DNA from: Candidatus Hodarchaeota archaeon
Lineage (GTDB): Archaea; Asgardarchaeota; Lokiarchaeia; Sigyniarchaeales; SOKP01
Assembly: GCA_048886685.1 (NCBI GenBank)
Contig: JBHLKM010000016.1
Location: 45,082-109,081, forward strand
Length of the DNA: 64,000 bases
Direction: 5' to 3'
A model generated the notes under the pieces. The model was not told the origin of the DNA. It saw nothing but the letters and a program-made list of their open reading frames with translations, and made no database searches. Shown here one piece after another: positions 29,588 to 39,953 of this stretch. The position numbers and the translations under genes were made by a program. Position 1 is the first letter of the stretch; every line of letters starts with the position of its first letter.

Positions 29588-30544
29588 TCATAAAAATTGG
29601 AAAATTACTTCAAAGTCTGAGAAATCAAATGGTTTTAAAATATAGCCATCTGCCATAGTTTCGGACATTTTCTTCTCTACTTCGCTCCCAGGTATAGCAG
29701 TTAATAAAAAGACAGGTATTGCTTTATATTTCTGATGTTCCTTAATCATTTTACAGATTTCATAACCTGAAATATCGGGAAGAATAATATCTAGCAGAAT
29801 CAATTTAGGGACGCCACCCCTTAACTCATCGATACCTTTAGTCCCACTCACGACGCCTTTACATTTAAAACCTTTGCTTTCAAAATAACTGGTTAATAGC
29901 CGAATGGTCGCTAAATCGTCCTCAATTAATAGGATATCATATTGTGGCTCAATTTCTTCCGTTTTTATATCGTCTAGAATGTTAATAATCTTATTTTCAA
30001 GAAGCATACTTTGATCAAAGATATTTTTAATAGTTGATAATATTTCTTCATCTAGATCATCTTTATAGTTCTCTAAAAGTAGTTGGCTAAAACCTTTGAT
30101 GGTAGTTAATGGCTCCTTTAGAGCATGTGAAATGTTTGAAAGAGTTTTTTCATTCATTCCTTTTAATCCACCGCTCAGCAAATCTGACTTTTTCTCAATG
30201 TAATAATCCACGCTATCTCTAATTAATGCTGATATTGTTGAATAGTCATGAGATTCCTTAAAGTCTTGCCATTTGGTTTTGGTCTCTTCAGATACATATA
30301 AAGAAATCCGTTCCTTGTCTCGATCGTAGATTTTCTCTCCTTTTAACCACTTTTTAAACCCCTCAGTTATAGTTCCTCGCCAAATCGCATATCCACCGGT
30401 TTGGTCTTGATATATTTGCATTAATTTTTGTCCACGTGGGCTTTCAAGATCTAGTTTTGCAATCTCCTCATCAGTCATACTTATACGTTCGGGATCGCTT
30501 TCATCATTTTCTTCTTTTTTGTTTGGTTTTTTTTCGCCCGAAAT
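29588..30544 (-). CDS. RHH-HisKA-receiver fusion protein (paralog 1)
   Basis: RISLYVSEE...ISALIRDSV (RHH), SHALKEPL (H-box), EDD/LLD/KP receiver. Putative ATT start at 30544; first ATG at 30478. Confidence 0.82.
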   Translation of the reverse strand: MSGEKKPNKKEENDESDPERISMTDEEIAKLDLESPRGQKLMQIYQDQTGGYAIWRGTITEGFKKWLKGEKIYDRDKERISLYVSEETKTKWQDFKESHDYSTISALIRDSVDYYIEKKSDLLSGGLKGMNEKTLSNISHALKEPLTTIKGFSQLLLENYKDDLDEEILSTIKNIFDQSMLLENKIINILDDIKTEEIEPQYDILLIEDDLATIRLLTSYFESKGFKCKGVVSGTKGIDELRGGVPKLILLDIILPDISGYEICKMIKEHQKYKAIPVFLLTAIPGSEVEKKMSETMADGYILKPFDFSDFEVIFQFL

Positions 30545-30836
30545 TTTCTCTCCAACTCTCTAGGTTTTAATATTATTGATTTTATAAATTTGTAAAAGAA
30601 ATACTATTAATATTTTTGTATACTTCTTATTAAAATTTGTATCTAATATTATATTTGCTTTCTTTTTTTATAATAATAATCGTTAATAAAATGATTGTTT
30701 ACAATAATTTGTAAATTTTTATCATTTAATAATTCTTTTTTATTATAAATAGTAATGTGTTATGTAAGCATAGTATTAAAACTGAAAATCAGTTGTTTCT
30801 GAACTCACTTATAAGAAAAATATGGAGATTGTTCTA

Positions 30837-31817
30837 TTATTTTTTTTTACCCTTTAAGATATCAAAAATAACTTCAAAATTATTAAAATTAAAAGGTTTT
30901 AATATATACCCATCAGCATTAGTTTCTTCTAAATTTTTCTCCACTTCAGAACCAGCTATAGCTGTTAAGAAATAAACTGGAATATTTTTATATTCTTTAT
31001 CGGACTTAATGGTCTTGCAGATGTCATATCCACTTAAATCCGGCAAAATTATATCTAATAAAATTAGCTTGGGAATGGCATTTCCTAATTCTTCCAGTCC
31101 TTTAGAACCGCTAACAACACCTTTACATTTAAACCCTTTACTTTCAAAATAACTCTTAATAAGGCGAATTGTTGCTAAATCATCCTCAACCAATAGAACA
31201 TCATATTCAGGTTCTACCTTAATATTATCTAAAATATTAATTTTATCTAAAATATTAATTATTTTCTTTTCAAGTAGGATACTCTGTTCAAATATATTCT
31301 TTACCGTATCTAATACCTGTTCATTTAATTTTTCTCTGTAATTCTCGAGCAGTAATTGTGAATATCCTTTTATTGATGTAAGTGGTTCTTTCAGTGTATG
31401 AGAAATGTTAGAAATAGTCTCAGGATTTAACTTTCCTAAACTAGTACCTTTTAAATGCTCTTGACTCTCAATAAATGTATCTACTGCTTCTCTAATTAAT
31501 TTTGAAATAGTTAAATTACCATCATGCTTGGTATAATCTAACCATTTCAATTTAGTATCTTCAGAAACATATAAAGAAATCCGTTCTTTGTCCCGTTGAT
31601 AAATCTTTTCTCCTTTTTGCCATTTTTTAAAGCCTTCAGTTATTACTCCACGCCATACCGCATATCGATTAGTTTCTCTTTCATATTGTTTCATTTCCTC
31701 AGTTTTTTCAATGGAATTATTATCAATTTTTATTAAATCCTCATCTTCGAAGATGTCTTCTGTTTTGTCGGTAGTTTTATCTGTATTCTTTGAAGGCGGA
31801 ATTTTTTGACCACTAAT
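30837..31817 (-). CDS. RHH-HisKA-receiver fusion protein (paralog 2)
   Basis: Same architecture as paralog 1. Putative ATT start at 31817; first ATG at 31694. Confidence 0.82.
   Translation of the reverse strand: MSGQKIPPSKNTDKTTDKTEDIFEDEDLIKIDNNSIEKTEEMKQYERETNRYAVWRGVITEGFKKWQKGEKIYQRDKERISLYVSEDTKLKWLDYTKHDGNLTISKLIREAVDTFIESQEHLKGTSLGKLNPETISNISHTLKEPLTSIKGYSQLLLENYREKLNEQVLDTVKNIFEQSILLEKKIINILDKINILDNIKVEPEYDVLLVEDDLATIRLIKSYFESKGFKCKGVVSGSKGLEELGNAIPKLILLDIILPDLSGYDICKTIKSDKEYKNIPVYFLTAIAGSEVEKNLEETNADGYILKPFNFNNFEVIFDILKGKKK
31225..31260. repeat. Perfect 18-bp tandem duplication within CDS
   Basis: ttatctaaaatattaatt x2, giving INILDKINILD. Confidence 0.9.
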
Positions 31818-32104
31818 TGCTCTCGATAGTTTTTATTGAAAACCTAATAAAAGAACTTATATTTAACGTTTTTTTATTAGTTAAATTTTGAGGGATATGC
31901 GTATGAAAAAAATTTTCCACTCAGTATTGAACAATTAATAAAGATTTTTGTACACAAACAATAATTACACCATTTAATAAACTCCTAAAAAAAGTATTAA
32001 AAAATATGTAAATGAAATGAAATTGCTGATAGCCATAGTAAAACAAATAAAGATAAAAGATCTAATCTTAAAATTAAAAAAAATAATTTAATTAATATTA
32101 GTCG

Positions 32105-35100
32105 TTATTTTTTTCCTTTTTCTTGAGTTTTTAAATCAAAATATGCATCCTCAAGCACTTTTAGATATTCAATTAAAACTTTTTTTGCTTTCGATTTTTG
32201 TTCGTATGCTAATTTGATATTGCTTAAAAGATATTTTGGGAAGATATAATCAATGTACAGATCAGAGAGAAGGGTGTAATACTCAATATTGTTCTCATCT
32301 TTAAAGACTTTAATCATTTGAGTATCCCATAACATTTTCAGTACGCTATAGATATCTTCAACCCCTTTCTTTTTAAGCTTTTCAAAATCTTGTTTTGTGA
32401 TAATCGCCGTTCTTAATAATCGTAGTGTTTCATAAACTTGCGGATTGATCAATATCTCCACAATTCGAAGGTTATCTTCTTCTGAGGGATGATAATTTTG
32501 AAAAAATTTCTTTACTTCAGATGAATAAGCTTTAGCAAATTGAGTTGGTAAACCTTTAACTATTGGATTCTCTAACAAATTAATTGGGGGTACTCGAAGC
32601 ATAAAAAGATCTTTAGTAAGGAAAATTAATTCTGAAGGCATACCCTTTACTGAGACTTCTTTAATAATATCTCTTTTAATAAGATCAATTAAAATTGCAT
32701 CTAAATCGATGTAACTTTCAACATATTTGTCCTTAATCCAAATTTCTAATTCAGATTTATAGGCTGCACCATAATCCCTTAAATTTTTAATAATTATTCG
32801 TTTAAGTTCATTATAATAATTATTTGCTAAAATTTCTTCTTCACTAAGAGAGGGGTATACTGCTATTCGGTGAAAAAGTGAAGGGATCATATGTAAGTAA
32901 GAATCATCTGGTAAATTTTGTAATATTATATGAACAATATCTGACATTCCACCTTCATAAACATCAGGATCATCATCTAAATTTAAAAATAAAAGAAGAT
33001 AATATCCTGGTTCTGGTCCTGTATAGTATGATAGGATGTTTAGAGAGCCAGCAGTTAATGTAATTACTCCTTTTTCTTCACTATATTCATGGGCACTATA
33101 GACTTGCAATAGTGTTTTTTCAGAAATTTCAAAATTTTTAGGATATGTAGTAACGATTTCAGTCCCAATCCTTTCATCCCATTTCATCAATACCATTCCT
33201 ACAGGTTTTTTATCATGCTTTCTTGAAAATTCGGCGACTTCTCTCTCTTCTTTAGGTATCTTCTTATACTTTTCAATTTTGATCCCAAAAATATCTTCTA
33301 ACGATAATCCTAGCGTATCCCATTTTTCTCTTATTAATTCCCCTATAAAAGTTTCTTTATTGTGGTATAAAAGGGATTCTGGGATTATCTTATTTCCATC
33401 AATTGCTTTTTTCATGGATCTAATTTTTTTAACGAATTTAGGAATTGTAGCATATTTATAGACTCTATATCCAACTATACTACATATTGATGCAGCAATA
33501 GCAAAAAGGATTAATAGAAAGTAAAAGGTGGGCATTCCAGGGAAAACTTCTTCCATCTGAACTACAATGGTGATGCTAAATTCTTGAGTGATGTAATCTT
33601 GTTTTGAAACATTGATTTTACCAGTTAAAGTCTGAGCAGAAAAAAATGCATTTATATTATCTGTAGGAAAATTAAGTTTATAAATACCATTTCCAATTTC
33701 TTCAAATTCATATAAAATTCCTTTTATATCTAATATTACTGTAGCATTTAATAAAGGTAAATCACCTTTAGTGGGATCTGTTACCTCTATCTCAATTGGA
33801 ACTAATTTGCCCTGAACCACGCTTATTTGACTATCTTTAAATCTATCACTAAGACTGTAGCTAATCTCTCTTTTATTGATGAATAATGAAAAAATCACAA
33901 TTTTATAATCATAATTATCTTTATCGAAAAAAATTGTTATTACGTATTTTCCTACTGCTAATGTTTCAGTATTCAAATCTAAAACATATAAATCATCTGT
34001 AGTAGTGTTTAAGATTCCTCCACCACTTTCAATAACTTTATTCTCATCATCATACTTTTCCCAAGTAAAATCTTGATATTTCAAACCAATGATGTTTCTC
34101 CCTGTTAATTCGTCGGCGTATGAAAAAGTATAATTAATAGAATCCTTTACGTATATATTATCCATATGATATAAATAAATATTTGAACTCCCATTAATTA
34201 GAGTTAATCGGTTTAATATAATCAAATCTAAATATAGGTTTGCCTCTGATGAGTCATAATAATCTTTAATGGGGGAGAATATTAGGGTATACTTACCAGT
34301 ATTTATAATTGATGTGTCAATAGTTTTTATATAACATCCCAAGTTTACATTGTATTCAATAGTTCCATAAATGTAAGGTGCTTCTTGTATTTCATAAGAT
34401 ACTTTTCCTATAATATCATAACTTATTTTTCGTGAATATTGAATTGTAAAAGAAAGAGTAAAATTAACTGATTGATCCGCTTCTATAACTGCTGTATAAA
34501 GAATGTCTTTACTAAAATCTCTTAATGAGAATAAACCCTCTCCTGCCCCTCGAGGACTATCAGATATACTATATAATTGGCCTCCAATTGTAATTCTCAT
34601 ATTAATTTCTGATGGAAGAAGATAATCAGTACCATTATTTATTCCCTTGATCCACAATATAGCACCATCATCAAACCAACCATTCTCAACAGCACTAATT
34701 TGAAATACCCCACCATTATTAATATCCTTCTTATTCCTCGACAAATTAAGAATTTCTAGATATTGATTTTTATAAAACTCTTGAATATAATCAACCTTAA
34801 TTATAACATCAAATATTACATTAGTGTCGCTTTCAACATCAAATAAGAATTGATTGCTTTGAGGATAAATTATTCTATCATCTATTGTTAAAATTCCAGT
34901 CCCATTTGAATATCCCTGGTCTAAATTATATTTAAATCCCTCATTAGTAGTTATATTAATAGTTGTTGGATTAGATAAATTTACTTTACTCCATGTGGAG
35001 GTATTATAACAATTATATATCTCAAAAGAAATACGTTTAATTGCCCATCCTTCAACTTCAGTTAAAACAGATATAGTATCTGTTATATTAAATTCTGAAA

Positions 35101-38100
35101 ATTGAATATTAATTGTATCTCTTATAAAATAAGCATCAACTATGATATCTATAGACTCTGTAAAAGTACCGTCTATTTTAAAAGTAAAATTGTTGTTGCC
35201 AATTAGGCTACCTTTATTCAATGCAATTTCTAGATTATACCAACTCCCGTTATTCGCAATCGAATCATAATAATAATAATTACTATTACTAGTATTAAAA
35301 ATATGTTTCCCTCCATAATCATCAGTAATATTAAGATTGATATCTCCCTCAGGAACTCCGAAAGTTACATTATATACATTAAATACAATCCTAGATAAAT
35401 TAAAATCGTTATAAATGCTAGGGATGGAAAATGTGAAAGTATCACTATTATTTTTAACTAAATTTTTTTCAATCGTAAAACGTTCTGAAATTGCACCGTA
35501 AGTATTTACTGAAAAATTAACATTATCTGACCAATACACAGTTTGAGCAGAATAATCGTTTTCTGATTGGTTTAGTATTAACTCATTCTTTAAAATCTGT
35601 AATTGAAATATTAAATCTTGAGGAAGGATGTATCCAGATTTTTGAGCTGAGATTTTGATTAAATAATATGTACACTCTAATCCTGAAGTTTCAATTTTAA
35701 CTTGATGGACACCTATGTTATTTTCTTCAATAGGAATTATCTGTGATTGAATGAGAGTCGTACCTTCCAATATTTGATATAACATTGAATCGGCATAAGT
35801 AGGTCCTAAAAATGACTCATAACTAGATGGTACTTTGGTAACATTAAATAAAATTCTTAACTTTAATATTGATCCCCATTTGATAGCAATATTATCTGTT
35901 GGATTGAAGGATACTAAACTAGTCTCAAATTTTTCTAACTCACTCTGGGTAATATCAATCTTGATTTCATAAGTGATTTTTGCGTTAATTGAAAAATTAA
36001 CATCATAAACCATTCCAAGGGTAAGACCTGATATTTCAAATTGCCATTGCTTCCCATAAAAATCAAGATTTAAGGAATAATTTGAATTAATTCCAGAGGA
36101 ATTTAACCATCTAAAAATTGCATTTCCGTATAAATCCGTGGTTAAATTTACAATATTTTCTTCCGTGTTAGTATTATTTAATATTAATTTTACTCCACTC
36201 ACTGGTTGAGATGTATCAATTGTAATTACTGTAAAATTAACGGTTGTTAGTTCCACTTGTACTAGAACTGTTGAATTTACTGTATTTATAACACCTGTTT
36301 TAAGTTTAATAGTGTTAGGAGTATAATCGATATCTTTGTAAAAAATTGAGTAATTATATTGGTAAGGGGTTGTATTTACCCACCAAAATGTGGCATGCCC
36401 CACATTATCAATTGTACAATTTTGAAGATTATGTGAACTATTGCCAACAATTATCCACCCTGAATCAACAGGAATCCCATCAACGTCTAATACTTCAAAG
36501 AAATTTGTGCTAACATTACAAATTAGATTTATTATTTGAAAAGTTTTATCGATTAGAATTGCTGTTGACGTAGTATTTACTATTTCTTTATGGTTACCAT
36601 CATAAGATATTATTGTGACTGTAAAGTTATATTCTGCTTCAGTTAAATTAGAAAATAAAACACCTCCATTAATATCTGCGATATCAGTTCTAATTAATTT
36701 AGTATAATTGTACATAGTGATATTGGCATAAGGTATTGTATTACCATATAAATCAATAGCATTAACTTGAGCAGTATTAATCCCTACCAATTCAGTTTCT
36801 TGTTCCAATCCAAGAGAGAAAAATAAACTAGGATCATGTTGGTTATTGTATTCCGTTTCAATCCACCCAGGAGTGAGTGCAACATTAGATATTCGGATTT
36901 CGTCTAATAAACCATCTATACCGAATGTCACCCATGGAAATTGAAGATCTTTGGTATTACTAACGCCACTAACCCCACTGATGTCTGTACCTGTTCCATC
37001 TTCAATTCCATCTTTATAAATACGAATCTTATTATTAGCTCTATCAACTACTCCTGTAATATGGATCCATGAATCAAAAATGATATTGGTGCTTGGAGAA
37101 CCAATAACCGAAGTTCCGTCGGATATGCGAAAGCTAAGATAATTACCTGTTGTTGGTGTTTCAAAATCAAAACCTTTATCTCCTGCTGATGATGCTCCTT
37201 TATATAACGGTACTTGCCATGTTCCCAAACTATCATCAATATTAATCCAAAAACTAACTGTGAAACTAGTTAATCCAAAATCAAGATGGTTATCGTTAGG
37301 ATCTCCAACATTAACCGTCCCAGTAGAGCCTGTAGTCGCAAAATTAAAACCTCCGTTTACTTTACCACCAAGAACCCGGGAGACTGTCCCTGTAACTGTT
37401 CCGCTAGCATGATATTGAGTTGAGTCAAGAGCATCGCCACTTAATTCGGATAGGTGCCATACACCTTTATAATTAGAATTCCATACTCCCTCATGACTCC
37501 CTTGTGGATGTAAAGTTGAATTTCCATAAAACATACGAATTAATGTATCTGTAGAGGTCGAAAGAGAGGGAAACCGAACCCAAGCAATCAATTGAGCATG
37601 AGTAATATTATAATTTTGGTTAAATAATTCTATTTCATGATCAAGCCAGTCATTACCTAATGCAAATGCAATATCTTGACCATCAGGTTGGACATCATTA
37701 TGTAAATCTTGATCAGTAATAGAAATTAGAACAGGAAAATTAGTATGATCAACTAAACCCATAACCTTAGTATGATCGATTATTATCTCTTTATAATACT
37801 TAAAATCGTTAAAAGAAGGGATGTAAACTAAATTTGAAGTACCTATACTATAAAAACTATTAGGATTATATTGGTTATTATACCCTGTTTCAATCCACTC
37901 AGAACTGATTGCAATATTAGAGATACGGATTTCATCGAATAATCCTTTAAAGTGGTATGAAGTAGACCAATCTTCACTTAAATAAAGTGTCCTGGCAGAA
38001 TTGATATTCCCATTTGTGATAGAAGTGTCTGAATCTATCAACTGCCCATCTTTATAGATATAAGCTCTTCCAGCACTCCTATCTAAAACACCTACAAAAT

Positions 38101-39055
38101 GGATCCAGGTATCAACTGTTATGGCATTAGATGAATATACATTAAATACATTATTTATACCATCTCCACCAGAAAATCTAACAGCATTAGTTCCTTTGAA
38201 CCGCATTAACCAACCTTCATTATTATCCACATCACCATTCCCTTTAAAAATAGCACCATATTGATCTGAAGTCATTGTTCCGTCTCTATATATCCAAGTT
38301 TCTACCGTAAAACTACCTGTTCCAAAATCAAGGTGACCATCAACAGGATCTCCCATATCAACCTTACTATCTACCCCATCACAATAATAACCCCCATCTA
38401 TCTGACCAGAGGTTCCTTGAGTAACTCCTCCCGAAGGAGTACCATGAGTTGCATAAAAAGTCGAATCTCGAGCTAAACCACTTGATTCTGAAAGATGCCA
38501 CACACCCTTATAATTCGCATTCCACACCCCATTCGGATTTTCCCTACTACTCATAGTAGAGTTACTGTAATACATAGTTATTTGAGTATCAATAAGTGGA
38601 GATAATGAAGGAATTCTAACCCACGCAACTAAATGAGCATGTGTATTATTATAGGTTTGGTTAAATAACTCAATTTCATGATCAAGCCAAGTATCATTTA
38701 GCGCGAAAGCTATATCATCACCATCATTTTGGACTTCATAGCGTAAGTCTGAATCGTATATTGATATTAACAAGGGAAAATTAATATGACTACTTGTACC
38801 TATGACTTTAGTATGATCGATTGTAATTTCTTTAAAGAATTTAAAATGTTTTTGATTAGGAGGATTATTCGAAGAAATATAAATATTCGGTTCTCTAACT
38901 GTTTCTCTTTTATCATATCCGTGATTTAAGTTTCTATTTAAATTTAAAAACAATGATGTGTTAATAATTGTAGGGAATATTATAATAAATAGTAAAATTA
39001 CTAAAGATTTTAGTCTATACTTGAATCCTCTTGAAATTTTTCTAATGTTTTTCAT
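32105..39055 (-). CDS. Giant single-pass surface protein: 2x (DUF2341+LamG), Ig-like stalk, TM helix, about 450-aa cytoplasmic domain
   Basis: N-terminal hydrophobic anchor; repeated ITIDHTKV...DIAF...HEIE...WVRIP and GVWHL...DEIRISN; TM FYFLLILFAIAASICSIVGY. Confidence 0.85.
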   Translation of the reverse strand: MKNIRKISRGFKYRLKSLVILLFIIIFPTIINTSLFLNLNRNLNHGYDKRETVREPNIYISSNNPPNQKHFKFFKEITIDHTKVIGTSSHINFPLLISIYDSDLRYEVQNDGDDIAFALNDTWLDHEIELFNQTYNNTHAHLVAWVRIPSLSPLIDTQITMYYSNSTMSSRENPNGVWNANYKGVWHLSESSGLARDSTFYATHGTPSGGVTQGTSGQIDGGYYCDGVDSKVDMGDPVDGHLDFGTGSFTVETWIYRDGTMTSDQYGAIFKGNGDVDNNEGWLMRFKGTNAVRFSGGDGINNVFNVYSSNAITVDTWIHFVGVLDRSAGRAYIYKDGQLIDSDTSITNGNINSARTLYLSEDWSTSYHFKGLFDEIRISNIAISSEWIETGYNNQYNPNSFYSIGTSNLVYIPSFNDFKYYKEIIIDHTKVMGLVDHTNFPVLISITDQDLHNDVQPDGQDIAFALGNDWLDHEIELFNQNYNITHAQLIAWVRFPSLSTSTDTLIRMFYGNSTLHPQGSHEGVWNSNYKGVWHLSELSGDALDSTQYHASGTVTGTVSRVLGGKVNGGFNFATTGSTGTVNVGDPNDNHLDFGLTSFTVSFWINIDDSLGTWQVPLYKGASSAGDKGFDFETPTTGNYLSFRISDGTSVIGSPSTNIIFDSWIHITGVVDRANNKIRIYKDGIEDGTGTDISGVSGVSNTKDLQFPWVTFGIDGLLDEIRISNVALTPGWIETEYNNQHDPSLFFSLGLEQETELVGINTAQVNAIDLYGNTIPYANITMYNYTKLIRTDIADINGGVLFSNLTEAEYNFTVTIISYDGNHKEIVNTTSTAILIDKTFQIINLICNVSTNFFEVLDVDGIPVDSGWIIVGNSSHNLQNCTIDNVGHATFWWVNTTPYQYNYSIFYKDIDYTPNTIKLKTGVINTVNSTVLVQVELTTVNFTVITIDTSQPVSGVKLILNNTNTEENIVNLTTDLYGNAIFRWLNSSGINSNYSLNLDFYGKQWQFEISGLTLGMVYDVNFSINAKITYEIKIDITQSELEKFETSLVSFNPTDNIAIKWGSILKLRILFNVTKVPSSYESFLGPTYADSMLYQILEGTTLIQSQIIPIEENNIGVHQVKIETSGLECTYYLIKISAQKSGYILPQDLIFQLQILKNELILNQSENDYSAQTVYWSDNVNFSVNTYGAISERFTIEKNLVKNNSDTFTFSIPSIYNDFNLSRIVFNVYNVTFGVPEGDINLNITDDYGGKHIFNTSNSNYYYYDSIANNGSWYNLEIALNKGSLIGNNNFTFKIDGTFTESIDIIVDAYFIRDTINIQFSEFNITDTISVLTEVEGWAIKRISFEIYNCYNTSTWSKVNLSNPTTINITTNEGFKYNLDQGYSNGTGILTIDDRIIYPQSNQFLFDVESDTNVIFDVIIKVDYIQEFYKNQYLEILNLSRNKKDINNGGVFQISAVENGWFDDGAILWIKGINNGTDYLLPSEINMRITIGGQLYSISDSPRGAGEGLFSLRDFSKDILYTAVIEADQSVNFTLSFTIQYSRKISYDIIGKVSYEIQEAPYIYGTIEYNVNLGCYIKTIDTSIINTGKYTLIFSPIKDYYDSSEANLYLDLIILNRLTLINGSSNIYLYHMDNIYVKDSINYTFSYADELTGRNIIGLKYQDFTWEKYDDENKVIESGGGILNTTTDDLYVLDLNTETLAVGKYVITIFFDKDNYDYKIVIFSLFINKREISYSLSDRFKDSQISVVQGKLVPIEIEVTDPTKGDLPLLNATVILDIKGILYEFEEIGNGIYKLNFPTDNINAFFSAQTLTGKINVSKQDYITQEFSITIVVQMEEVFPGMPTFYFLLILFAIAASICSIVGYRVYKYATIPKFVKKIRSMKKAIDGNKIIPESLLYHNKETFIGELIREKWDTLGLSLEDIFGIKIEKYKKIPKEEREVAEFSRKHDKKPVGMVLMKWDERIGTEIVTTYPKNFEISEKTLLQVYSAHEYSEEKGVITLTAGSLNILSYYTGPEPGYYLLLFLNLDDDPDVYEGGMSDIVHIILQNLPDDSYLHMIPSLFHRIAVYPSLSEEEILANNYYNELKRIIIKNLRDYGAAYKSELEIWIKDKYVESYIDLDAILIDLIKRDIIKEVSVKGMPSELIFLTKDLFMLRVPPINLLENPIVKGLPTQFAKAYSSEVKKFFQNYHPSEEDNLRIVEILINPQVYETLRLLRTAIITKQDFEKLKKKGVEDIYSVLKMLWDTQMIKVFKDENNIEYYTLLSDLYIDYIFPKYLLSNIKLAYEQKSKAKKVLIEYLKVLEDAYFDLKTQEKGKK

Positions 39056-39430
39056 TGAAATTCAATGTTTTTTTTAAATAAATATATAAAATTACATAGA
39101 AATGTTTTTACTTTGTTTTTAAAACAAATTAAGAATTAGAAGAGAATTTTGATTTATATTTTTTTGTTCATATAAATTTTATAAGCAGATAAGTTGAGGG
39201 GGATATTGCATTAATTTTAAGAGATTATACCTGCAATTATAAAAGATGATATGAAATATTATTATTGGATTCCTTAATATAAATATTACTGTTTAATATA
39301 TAAAAAAAGTTTATTTTGTGAATTTATCAATAGTCACCCTTCCTACATATTTTCCTTGTTCCAGCTCTTCAAATACCTAAATTTTTATAAAGATTACCTA
39401 ATTAAAACTAAATTAAGGTGAAAACTGTTT

Positions 39431-39946
39431 ATGGTAAAGGAAATAAAAAATGTGTCTTTTATAGATGCAAAAACACAAGTCGAAGTCGCAATTACAAGGA
39501 TCGCATTGTTGCACTTAGCTTTCTCAAGAACTTTAGTCGAGCAGTTAGGTCAAGAAAAAGGGAAAGAATTAATTCTTAAATCTATTATGGAATATGGTAA
39601 AATGATTGGTGAAAGAACAATTCAACGTAAACAGGACCTTCCTAAATATGGCGTTCACGAGAAATTTGAGGGAGGAAAAGTCCATGGTTGTATTTTTGCA
39701 AAAATTTTTCACGAGTATAAGGAAGAAGATCTAGGATGTTTGTACTGCTATGTTGATGCTGCTAAATCTATGACAGTAAATCCAAAACGCAAACTCATTC
39801 ATAAAGAGTGCGATGCGTGTGGCGACGATTATTGCGTTTTTGAATCGATCCCTACCACGGAAAAAGAGCAAATTCAATTTGTCGAGAAAGATGTAGAATG
39901 GAAAAATGTCGATCCTCGGCTTGTTGAAGGTATAAAAAGAGGTTGA
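39431..39946 (+). CDS. L-2-amino-thiazoline-4-carboxylate hydrolase-like (V4R/HNOX-like) protein
   Basis: CIFAK...LGCLYCYVD...GDDYC. Confidence 0.75.
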   Translation: MVKEIKNVSFIDAKTQVEVAITRIALLHLAFSRTLVEQLGQEKGKELILKSIMEYGKMIGERTIQRKQDLPKYGVHEKFEGGKVHGCIFAKIFHEYKEEDLGCLYCYVDAAKSMTVNPKRKLIHKECDACGDDYCVFESIPTTEKEQIQFVEKDVEWKNVDPRLVEGIKRG

Positions 39947-39953
39947 AAAATAT

